DNA from: Styela clava
Taxonomy: Eukaryota
Reading direction: 5' to 3'
NCBI RefSeq assembly: GCF_964204865.1
Contig: NC_135263.1
Location: 6,448,001-6,512,000 of the forward strand
Length of the DNA stretch: 64,000 nt
Below, one piece after another: positions 1 to 12,200 of the stretch; position 1 is the stretch's first letter; each line of letters begins with the position of its first letter. The notes under the pieces are model-generated. The model was given only the letters and a program-made list of their open reading frames with translations, searched no databases and was not told the origin of the DNA. The translations under genes were made by a program, and so were the position numbers.

Positions 1-70
1 CTAACCCTAACCTGGTACACATACGGCGTTCCAGTGTCCACCATCTTGGTGCACATACTTCTGGAGTACC
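1..70. mobile_element. Right arm of a GGTACTCC-family MITE, cut by the window edge
   Basis: ctaaccctaacctggtacacatac...catcttggtgcacatacttctggagtacc. Confidence 0.82.
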
Positions 71-145
71 CAAAATTTTTGCGAACATATTTGCAATGAA
101 AGCATTTATGATCAAGTCCAATTGTTAATGAATAATTTTACAAAC

Positions 146-278
146 CTTTTGATAAACTCTAGTCGCTTGAGTAAAGTCATACTGAGTTTCATATTCAACT
201 GCATCACCAAATAAAGATCTGGCAACAGGTGTTCCAGTAAAAATTCCTCGAAGTACGTCCAGATCTTTTCTGTATAAC
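146..278 (-). CDS. PRKDC: PRKDC last visible exon (early FAT region: [14 protein letters not shown]...VYQK)
   Basis: Own translation (frame not in the ORF track) matches human LYRSIGEYDVLRGIF; cag| acceptor and AAG|GT donor. Confidence 0.85.
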
Positions 279-3200
279 CTGAATAAACATAGTTGGCATA
301 TTGATAAAATATTGAGACTGGATGATAATTATATCTACACCGTTGGGTTGAAGTCCCTGAACCCAGAGTCAAGTTGAGTCATGAGTAATAGGAGTCTCGA
401 GTGAGTCAATCACTGGGGTGAACTGGGGGTTACCCGAAAACATTATTTTACCAAGATGACTAGAGTCTAGGGATGTTCATATCTGAATACTGAACTATTC
501 TAGAATAACACTGTAAAAACATTTTGAGTATTGTTTCAACAAAGTTAACCAGAGTCAAAACAATGATGCAGGGCGTTTGAATCACTTTATTTCTCACCAT
601 ATGTGAGTGAAAAAAAACAAGACATGGTACAAAGTCTGTCACATTGAACTGATGCCTGTTGCTGAAATGGTAAGCATCATCCTATTCTAATGAGTGGCGT
701 GATTGTGGCGACTGTTTCAGAAGTCATTGCATAGGAATGTCCGATTCCGATTTTGAACTATGTGATGTAACACAAGAATTGAGCGGATGCAGTAGCAAAT
801 TTTGAGCATTTTCTAAATTACGATTAACTGGAATTGAAAAAAAACTATTCAATATTCGAATACAACGCTAAACGAAAACGATCAAAACATCTCTAATCGA
901 GTAAGTCCTTGATATATGGTGACTTTGAATCCAACTTCGAGACGAGTAAATAACTCGAACCTCATTGATTCAATTTAAGTTAAGTTGAACATTTTATAAA
1001 TCAGTCCTTTCACATAGATATTATCAATTCAGTACCTTGCTAATTCAATCCATGAAACCACGTCTGCTTCATTAACATCAGATGATTTCTGCAACATTCT
1101 TCTACGTTTTGACGAAGGTTCTTCAGGTTCTTGTTGTGAGAGAAGCCATTCTTCAATGACTCGAACACCTAGAAATTATGATCAATTTGAAAAGTAGTTT
1201 AGAACAGAAAATAACATTGAATTTAATTGAAAATGTGACCTAAGAGGGCTGTGAAACCTGAAAAAATTTGCACCCAACTCCATTTTGGTATAATGACTCC
1301 GATTTTGAACCTTGACTTTTCTCTTGACCTTGAACTGGTTGATTTTAACTCCCAGTTAAATGAAAAAAACTCTTTGATTCCAGATCCAAAATTTGACAAA
1401 ACCAAATTTCAATAGAAAAAATTTTGGAATTATGCAATCTCTTCAATACGCCTTTCTAATTGTTTGTTGAAATTGTTCAGTCAACTTTGGTTGAGTTTTA
1501 TTTTGGATATTTAACTTCCATTATCGACATTGAGTCTGAAATACCAAGTCTGAGTGAATGCGAAATTGCACATGTTATAGCCAAAATTGGCATAAATTTT
1601 GCGTTCCAGATTTGAATTCAGATTTTTACTCTGCGATGCAAATACAATGCAATGTCTTAACTACCACTGCATTGTGGGTTCTATAGACTTCAAACCAAAT
1701 TCTTTGACTATTCTTCTCCTATGCAAAAAATATAAATATATATACATAAATAAATATCACCCACCATAATAATGTTGATTTGACTTGATAGCAGCATGTG
1801 CAACTATAGATGGATTAATTTTTATCGAAGCTGCATTTCTTTGAATGATATCAAGAATAAAAGCAATGAATGCAGGATTACATTGTTCAGATGAAGCTAA
1901 AACATTTCCAAGAGTTTCAGCAATCTGCTTGATATATTCCTAAAAGTAAAGAATGATTATTAAGACATATAATGCATTGCATTCATGATATATGCAACCT
2001 AGAACAATATTTCTGGCAACAGTCAAAATAACAGAACACACATGCGTGAGTTGATGAAATAGTTTTGGTAAATTGTCAATCGATAATTAAGCAATGAATA
2101 TATATATATATATATAGGCACAATAGTTCAGTTAGGTGTAGAAATTATAATAATTATGAGGCTGTAGAAGGCATATTTGTCCACAGTTAAATAAATTGTT
2201 CACAGGTTCAGTATCTCACCGTAGATTTCTTTGATTGTTCTTCGATAACAGCGTGAACAAGAGAAGAGAGTAATCTTTGAGACACAAATAAATCAAGATG
2301 AGCGAGAGCTGCAAGAGGAGCAATGAGAGATCTGTGATGAATCTGAATATCTGGAAGTTCACCAGCTCTGTATGTTCGATACAACTGCACGGAATGTTGA
2401 CGTTTTGCTTTCTCACGTTTGATGACTTCCTAAAAAGTTTCAGTTTGTTCAATACAAGCCAATTGAAAGTTATGTAGGAATCCTCAAATCCTGAGTAGCG
2501 AGTAAAGTAGAGTCACATTTAGTTGTGTACGAGTTATTCATTTAGATGTCTTGCGTCCACTCAATTCCAAATTTGGTTGAGTCAATTACTGGTAATATCC
2601 AATATTACTTATTAAATAAAATCTGTTAAACCAAATAAAAAAGAAAAGCAATCATAATCTATTATCCAGTTCCATTTACGTTTTCCTATCAAATGTGATT
2701 ACTATGAGCAGTATATTTTCAAATTATTTTACAATCTTGAGATTCGAGCCTTAAATTCTCTCTTGCCAAAAAATATATTTTACTTAAACAGGTACCGGTA
2801 AGCCAAAAAAAAAAAAAAAGATTTGGATACGTAGATGGAAAAATAGATCTCTGAAGACGTAAATTTAACATATTAAAATACCTGTTTTCTCCTATTTTTC
2901 TGCTGCACAACTCTGGCGAAGTGGTAGTTATCAGTTGAAGATTTTTTCTGGAATTTTCTACGCAGACGTGCAATATCTATCTGCATATCATCAGCTTCTG
3001 AAAATACAAGAAAAAAATTAGAAATTATGATGGAAAACAATGGAAAAATACATACTGCTTCAAAGTATTTCCAAATAGGTATATACACTGGTACTCTGCT
3101 ACATTGCAATTAATTTAGATTTTAAACATTATCAATTATATTGAAATGAAGATCATTTTAAATGTGTGTATTAAAAAAACGTTATTTTATTAAATATCAG

Positions 3201-6200
3201 AGATTTTGATTTTACTAGAAGAAGTTCAGTTAACCTCAACTTCACAATACAGTCAAAAAAATGGCTTCCAATTCCAACAATGGCTTCAACTTGCTTCAAG
3301 TACTGCCCAAATTATTAAATATAATTGACATAACTATTGAAGTAAGTATTTAAACTAATTCTTAAGACTATTGAATATAATTAATTTTAAATCGTTTCGT
3401 ACACCCCTACAAAATACCTTCAATCGGAGACTTCAAATTTGATTTTCCAAAATCCTGTCCAACAGGTTTTCTTCTATGTCTGTTTTGTCTTCTGTTGGTT
3501 AATATAGCACTTTCTTTATTATCAGTGGAACTAACGACACCAGCCATATTCAATGTTGAAAAAGTATCGACACTACTATTGGAAATCCAGTCATAAGTGT
3601 TTTTCCCAGTCACTTTAAAAGAGATAAAGTGACAATGTTAACTAGATTACCACAATTCCTGGCCTAGTGTTTGAAGATTTACACCTGACTATGTTGGTAA
3701 CACAGGTTCAAATCCCATTAACCAAGGATGTAATAAATTGGATAAGAAATGCCAAACCGAAAATATTCCGGTCTTTGCAAAAACAGTATCTACACACATA
3801 TCAGTGGATGCTTAAATAGTTCCTTGTTTGGGGTGAAAGACATGAAAAATATGATAAAAAGAACCCCAAGTTCCCCCCAAAAATTTCCATATTTTTCTTA
3901 CTATCAACAGTCGCACTAAATTGAGCTTCAACTTGTGTAGCTCGTAATGCATTTGGTTGTTGGTTTGCAGCTGTGTTTGATAACGTAGGAGAACTGCCAA
4001 AGGATGAACTAATTGTTTCAACAAACATTGGATTCATAGTGAAATGTCTGTGTTGCCATGTATGATCGACAATTACATCCTGGAATGAATAATCATAAGT
4101 ATAATGATAGAATTTTATAGGTCAATATTCAAGATTATAAGCAGATCAGTGTGATTGAAATTGAAGATCGGCCACCATAAAAGGTCCAAAATTTTGTCTT
4201 CACTTCAGACAATTTACAATTTGAAAAAAAGACTCCGACTTCAATGCAACATGCCACAATGACTGAACAGCCATGATTATATTGTAAAAAACTACTGATA
4301 TCATGTACATAAGAAGAATACCGCAACACAAATAAAACATACAAACCTGAAAAACACATTCAGACAATGGATGTTCAAATATTGCTCGTTCAAAATCAGG
4401 ACTTCTTGAAGCAGCTTGTAAAAGTAAGTTACATGAACTAGCGAGAAATCCAGCTTCATCCACTTCGTTTTGATACAATTCACCAAGTAATCCGTTAATT
4501 TTGCCAGAAGGATCGGCTGCTAATCTAACTTGATGTGAACCAACATTTTCTTCTGACCAGAAATTAATGACTTGTGTTCTGGAATTAGGAATTAGAAAAG
4601 GATTTTTATATTTATCTCTCTTTATATTTATTAACTCGTGCAGTTTGAATAGTATATAATGTGTCCATTTGTTCAGTATTTTTTATAACTAAATAACATT
4701 AGTAAAACTACACCGAATAAAGAGTAATATTTTTTTAGTACCTCCATGAAAACACTAATGTTCTTCCTCTTTAGGAAACGATGGGTTAGCGGTATGTGAT
4801 TCCCCACATGTAGGAAGAATGGCCAAAGTGTTTTAATCACTGGATTTGATTAGATGATTATGCCTTCGATAACTGACAATATTTACCATGAAAACACTTT
4901 TGGAACGAAGTGAACAAAGCTACCTGAGAAACACTTCTGTATCATTCAATCCACGTAGTAAAATAATTTTTGCAGTTTTGATTGTGTTTGAGGATTGATG
5001 TTCAGTAGGAAACCTGGAAAGTACATAAAAATAATTATTATCTAATACATCATACAATCTACAAATAACAAGTTTGAAAACAAACTCACCTGTTTTGAAT
5101 ATCATATATCTGCATTGCCAAATCATACATTTCCTAAAAATATAATAATATTGTAAAAAATTTATTCCGAAGGGATGAATAGTCGATTAGACAACTAAAT
5201 CATAAGAAAAGAGGTGGGCCCTCATACATTTACCAGTCTATGTCAGGTATGGAAATAGTTAGCCAGTTATTTATTCAAATGCATGGACTTCATTGTGAAG
5301 GAGGCCGTAGTGGACTAACAAGTACCTGAATCACTCTACAAAAACAAGGAATATTCCCTCGAAGGAATACACATAAATATTCCCTCGATGACAACCTGTT
5401 CAATTCAGAGGCACGACAAAAAGGGCATTTATAGCGGTTAGCAAGATGTGGCAATTGCCAAGCAAGGTAATTTTCCTCCCTTATTCCTAAACAAAGTTTG
5501 CAGTATCATACAATGTAGTAGTTTTCACTTGTCAATGAGATACTTTTGCAAAAAATGTCATTTCCTAAGAATTTATGGAGTGTCAGCCCAATCTCACATT
5601 TTGACTGTTAGACCATCATGGCCAACATATTCCCTACAAATTCAAAATTTATTAGAATACATACCTGTCTACACAGCGGACTTGGATGGAATTGAAAATG
5701 TTTTTCCACCGATGGGAAGAAGTAATCGACTAATTGTTTATGGTAAATCATGTCTTCATTGTTCATCTTGTTCATATTATTATCCCAAGTAATGGATTTG
5801 TGAACCAACGCGGAACATAGTTTCAAACAGGAATGTTGTAATGATTCGTCCCTGGTAGAAAGATTTGGAAAAATTGTTTTGTGTATATTTCCATCAAGTC
5901 AACAATAAAATGGTTAAAATCTTGCATATGCAAGAGATATTGCGGTCAAAATTTGATTTCTTGGGAGTTCGGGGTTGCAGTGTGAATTAAAATGTTTGCA
6001 GAAACCGGGTTAATTATCAAATATTTCATAGTTTTGGGTCGAATGTAAATTAACCCCAACTTCGCTGCGCTGGTTTTTAACGTAACACTCACAAGACCTC
6101 TCAAATATAACGTTAAAGGACGATATTACTAGATAAGAATAAGAAATCTCCGGCACAAATGTCATTCCTCCTATTATTCACAGACGAAGCACATAATTTA

Positions 6201-9200
6201 CAATAGAAGAAGAAATATAGGTAAAGCTTTAACCAAACCTGTGAACCAGCATTTCAATGAAATCCTTCGCTTTCAATTCAGCTAACAAGCCATTGATTTC
6301 ATCAACATTTAAGCATAAGATATCAATGCATTTGGTCTTCATCTCCGTTCCTGGTAACTAAAGACAAATAAGTTGGACATTGAAACGTTGAATATGAATT
6401 ATTTTCTATTTGATATATATCCGAGACAATATCCAGTAAATTCCGTGAAAGATCATGCAAACAGATAAATAATATCAGCTGCCAGTACCACAATGTGGAC
6501 TATTCAAATTATACTTTCAAGGAAGTCACTGAAAATGAACCAAAAATAATTGTCATAAGTGATTCAAGAGTCTTGCTGCACACTAACACAAATATACAAG
6601 TATGTGTCTGAGGAAGTCTGACCTTGGTTGACGAAACGTTACAGAAATTTATTTGTGTTAGTGTGCAGAAAAACTCTTGAATCACTTATAGTTATCTTCA
6701 CTTTTGCTACAGCATCCTTGCAAGTAGTTAGTCTCGTAGAAACCCAATCAATAGCAAAAAAATGATTGTTTCGAATTTTTTTTAAATTGGCTGGCGTCAT
6801 TGTAAGTTCGACTCAGTCAATCTAAACCGACGATAATATTTTTGGCATTATTATTTCTTGAACACAAAATAGATGGACTTAGCAAAGCAATACAAACCTT
6901 TGGCAAATTGAATAAAACTCTAGAAAGGAATGGTTTAGCAGCTGGAGAATGATGTCTCGATACTCTGAGTAAAACATCGATAAATATGCCAAATCCAGAC
7001 ACACCACTCTTAGATGAACTTGCCAGTTTGTCGAGTATGCCAGTAGCCTGGAATATAGCATGATTATTAAAAATAAAATATACTACAAAACAGTCAACGG
7101 TTTCAAATTCAAGAAGTATGCAGAAGTTAGGTCTGAGTTAATACAATTTCTAAAAGAATACATGGTTAAGCAGAGTTGGATAGAATACTCTAAACCAAGT
7201 GTCCCAGAGTCAAGTTAAGTCACTGGCGAATCGGGACTTGAGTCAAGTCAATCATTGGGTTGAGTCTCACTGGAGGACAGTTAATGACTAGTCTGAGTCA
7301 TTCCATTTAGATGACCCAAGTCACTTTGAGTGTTTGGCAGAAGATAACGCGAGAGTCCAACTTAAGATGAGTAGAGGACCCAAGTCTTTTGAAGACTGCT
7401 CGTTAGTGGGAAAATAATGGAATCATTATTAAGAAATGATGAGTATAGTCACTTAATAATAATTTTCAATAGAAATAGTGGTTAGTTTTATGTTGTATTG
7501 ACAGGTTCATACTGAATCACATAAATTTCAGAACTTTAATTTCACATGTACTCGAGATGCCATCATATTGGGTCTAATATTGCCACCATGTTAGGAATGG
7601 GCAATATAGAATACCGAATCCCAAAGTATTCGAATCCAACAGGATCCGATAACAGGATTCGGTTTCCGCCTCTCCGGCACCATGCGTCGATTTTTGCATT
7701 TCGGGTTTCTAAATATCAATTAAAAATGAGCGTTTTTCTCGCGTGGAAATCTCTCTCGTTTAAATAGACTCGCGTCTGCTCGGAAAGAACCCGTAAAATC
7801 GGAAACTTCAAACACTGTAATCTCAATCGGCGTATTCTGGACAGGAAGTCAGCGAAGTACATCTCATGACGAAGACCTGTTATTGCACCATTTTTGCGTT
7901 TTTGTCGTGCGTCAATTTTTGTATTTCGGGTTTCTAATTTATCAATTAAAGACAAGCGTTCTTTCTCGCGTGAAAATTTCTCTCGTTTAATTAAACTTGC
8001 CTAATCGCAAAGAACCCGTAAAATCGGTAAACATCAAACACTGTACTCAATCGGCGTATTCTGGACAGGAAGTCGGCAAAGACTTGTTATTGCACCATTT
8101 TTGTGTTTTCGCCGTGCATCAATTTTTGTATTTCGGGTTTCTAATTTATTAATTAAAGACCAGCGTTCTTTCTCGCGTGGAAATTTCTCTCGTTTAATTA
8201 AACTTGCCAAATCGCAAAGAACCCGTAAAATCGGTAAACATCAAACACTGTAATCTCAATCGGCCTATTCTGGACAAGAAGTTGTGAAGTACACTATACG
8301 ACGAAGACTCGTTATTGCACCATTTTTTGCATTTTCCTGCTTTGCTATCTAGCTAGGGTTTAATGATAATAATTATTTGTGCCGACTTACTGGCGATATT
8401 CCGATAATCTGATTGCAACAATCTTCAATTTAACTTCATTTTACATTACTGTAAATGATTTTCCGCGACCGGCGAGTTTTCCCCAGAAAATGATGCATGT
8501 AAACCAAAAGCCAGGCATGAAATGTTATGACATTACTTGCGATTAATTTAAATCAAATATTATTTAGGAATAATTTTATTACTTTTATTACACCAGTTTC
8601 GGAAATACAAAGTTATATCGCAAAACACGACGATCTGTCGCATTTAAATTTCAAATTTCACTCTCAAAAGATTACATATCTTTCGGTCCGTTTCTATCGT
8701 TCAAGATAGACGCACGTTTGATCGAGTGTCTGTAGTAATTTTATTCGCAGATAAATTTAAAAAAAGATGCCACATCTGGCGAAAATAGTTACGTATTGAG
8801 TTTGAGTAGGGCCAAGTCTGGGTAGATAATGATATGTAACGATAATATTAGAAAATGAATTCGTCTTTAGATGATATTAACTAATAACTAACTACGAAAT
8901 CGCGTTTACAGGAACCTTGTTTTGCACGTCTTGATCGCACAGAATAAAAAGTTGATTTTAATTGACAGTGGTTAAATTTAATATTTTACACCGGTCGCAT
9001 AGGTTGCAGTGGCAACACGCTGGTCCTGCATCTAATTAATTCTCAGCGGGTATGTTTTAGTACACTCGGCACTCTAACACTAATAATGATTTAATGCCGT
9101 GTCATATTTATTTTTGTATTTAACCTCTTACTATTAAAGTGTTTGAAGCTTGTCTTAATTTAGCATATTAGTATTTAGAGATTACATACATTTGGAACAA

Positions 9201-12200
9201 TTGAAAGCAAAAATATTGTAATATTCTTAGATTTCATTGTCCTGGGAAATGCCTGTTTAGTATCAAATCAAATCCAATGTTAAGGACATTTCCAAATAAA
9301 TAATACATTTATAGAAATACATTTATAATTTTTTGACATCTAAATCCAGCAATTAGGAAAATTCTCACTATTTGAATAAGTATGAAAATAAAATAGGGTT
9401 CGGTATCCTGGATTCGATTTAACTATTCTAGAATATTCTAGAATAGTTAAATCGAATCCAGAATACCGAATTATTCTACATTGCCCATCCCTACACCACG
9501 TCTATGAATTTAGTTTTGAATGGCGAGTTTTTGAATGAAAATCAATGCTGAATCAAATATCATTTATATAAAAAAAAAAACATACAATGTCATGAATTTC
9601 TCCTTCAACTTCCTTCTGATTTTCCGCAAGATGTTTCAATGACATTCCAATCACTTCTGACGTTGTATCAACAATCTCTTTTCTTGCAGAAAGAATATTA
9701 TTGAAGATTCTGAAGACAAAAATTTGGAAATATTTATCAACATAAATGAAAAAATAGTGATTGAAATAAATGATACTTGAGAAAAAATTTATGTGCAGTT
9801 CTTAATAAGGCAAACAATAAAAGTTCCGAAACTGTTTAAATGTCTACACGGAGACATTTCATAAGTAGCTAAATCCGACATTAAGATATGCATAAATTCT
9901 CTCATATCATCGGCTTTTACAAGTACGTCGTATGAACTATGAATAAGCATTAAAATAACAACTTGCTGTTGAGAGAAAATAATGTTTTACAAAACGCGAG
10001 TGGCTTGACACGATACATCACAATTTAATGTATAAAACAGCAACCTGAAATAGCATCTTTCAGTGACAATTTGGGAATTTCTCGAGCGTTACTCACCGTC
10101 GGAAGAATACGTTCCTATCCACTTCAATAGAAGGAGTGTACGGTGGCAGATCATTAGCAAGTAATACACCAAGCACTTGCAATCCAGGAAAATTATCATT
10201 TGACTTGATATCAGTGCTGTAATGGAAAACATGATTTTAGAACATTATTTATGTAATTGTTAAGTAGGATAATGAGAAGTTATATGAATAAAGTGATGCC
10301 GTGGCAGCAATTAACATGATATGCTTCTTGTTTGGAACAAAAGGGGGGAATAAGCGTCATATTAAAAAGGATCATACTGGCCTAAAACACAAATTAGCGG
10401 CATTCTTTGGATGATAACAAAACCAGATAAGAAAAAGTTCAAAATACCTTGCACATTGATGAAATATAATATCAGTGTTGATATCTGATACCCTGATTCT
10501 CCAACATTCAATCGTTGTTTTCAAAACTTCGAGATTACGTCGAAACACCGAACGATTTTCATGTTGAATGTATTTCATTAAATTTTCAACCAAAGCTCTT
10601 GTCAGAATTTTTTCTTCAATGTCATCCTGTAATTAGGAAGATCAATATTATTTCACTCTTCTATTATATAAACTTGCACTCAGTTTATGGTGAGGTGAGT
10701 ATCATCCTTTTGGAGCATAACTTTTTTATGTTATGCTCATTCACACCATTCACTTCGAACAAGGCACTGTACAAGTAATACTTCATGAGCTACTAAAAAA
10801 GGGAATTGGTAAAAACAGGAATTTTTTCGACACGGTTTAACAGTGGTGCACTTGGGATTTGAATGCAAGATTTTTAACTTGTGATAGCAATGCAGTTGGG
10901 CCTAATGCTTCAACCAACTAAGCCTGCTGATTTTAAATAATTTTGTTTCAAATTTTTTTTACTTTGATTTGGTGTGTAGTATTACTAAACGTTATTGACT
11001 GATCCAGTAATATAGACATTTATGTAAGAATTGTGAATTATTCAAATGTTACAAAAGCCAGAGTGCAACTTGAGTGTATTACTAGCTTATGAACCTTATG
11101 AAATTTAAATAAAAATGGAGACGGAGAGAGTTTCAAAATAGCCGTATGAAATAATGTACCAGTATTAAAAAAGTGGGAAACCACTGACCTTAGGTATTGC
11201 AGTTCGGGACCACGACAGCATCGTTGCGACTGCATCCACAACAAACTGATCCATACCAAGGTTAGCGTCGCCAGCTTCGTTTTGATGTTTGAAGTGAGAA
11301 AGAACAGCTTTCAGCATAGGAGCAATTAAATGAGAGGCGAACGGTTCAAAAATATGTTCGCAATTGATGACCAGTTTTGCAATAAACAATTTAACATTGT
11401 TATGTGGAGAAAAAGATAGTTTGGAAATCAATATGTTCAACCATTTAGGTAATGGAAGGGTGGATGGACTGCTTTTCAGTTCCGTGTCAACTTTTGGAAA
11501 ACCTGAAATAATAATATAATATCCATTTTATTAACTTAATATCCTTATTATTGAATATATTATTAAGGAAAACTTAAAATAATAATATAATATTTATTTA
11601 TTAACATTCTTGATTACAGAACTTGGCTTGACACTAAATCTCAAAAAGCAAAAGTTACTCAAAAGTTTACAAAACGTTCTTAACATGAGCTCAATCGAAG
11701 CTGAGACAAATTTAAAATTTTTCTTAAACTGGAGCCCGGAGTCATTGCCAAAATTTTAGGTGTATAATGTGTATAATTATATGTATAATGTATTTGATAT
11801 ATCACCTATGGCATTCTTGTGCATATGCATGATCAATGAAATAATATTTGCCATACACTCATGATCATTAAGTTCATCATTCTCCAGCGTGACAATATTT
11901 TCTGTCCATGTTTCATCTTCAAACAAAAGTTCAATATCATGAAGATATAAATTGACAATATCAATACTAAAACTGACACCAGTGCAAAATTTCAAGTCAG
12001 AAAGGAATATTTTACAGTTCCCAGAGATTTGAATGAAAGGGCATTGAATGTATTTACATCAATAGTCAATCTTTGCCACCTGTTTGTACAGATACGACTT
12101 AAAAACAGATATCAACTCATTACTTAAGTTTTTGACGAAGCGATCTAATTCGTGTTGGATTTTAGGATAAAATGGACGTTCATATTTATTGCGGGAGAGA

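Larger units (their letters stand above)
7592..9493. mobile_element. Non-autonomous hAT-type DNA transposon (1.9 kb)
   Basis: TIRs TAGGAATGGGCAATATAGAATA / TATTCTACATTGCCCATCCCTA; 8-bp TSD caccatgt / caccacgt (7/8); no transposase ORF; CpG-rich relative to flanks. Confidence 0.88.

Noticed and set aside
1-13. CTAACCCTAACC at the window start, suggesting a telomere
   Set aside because: Only two units, and identical to the internal motif of the MITE family seen at seven other sites.
7683-8335. Regularly spaced repeats as a possible CRISPR-like array
   Set aside because: Whole ~215-bp units repeat with no unique spacers; eukaryotic context and no cas genes.
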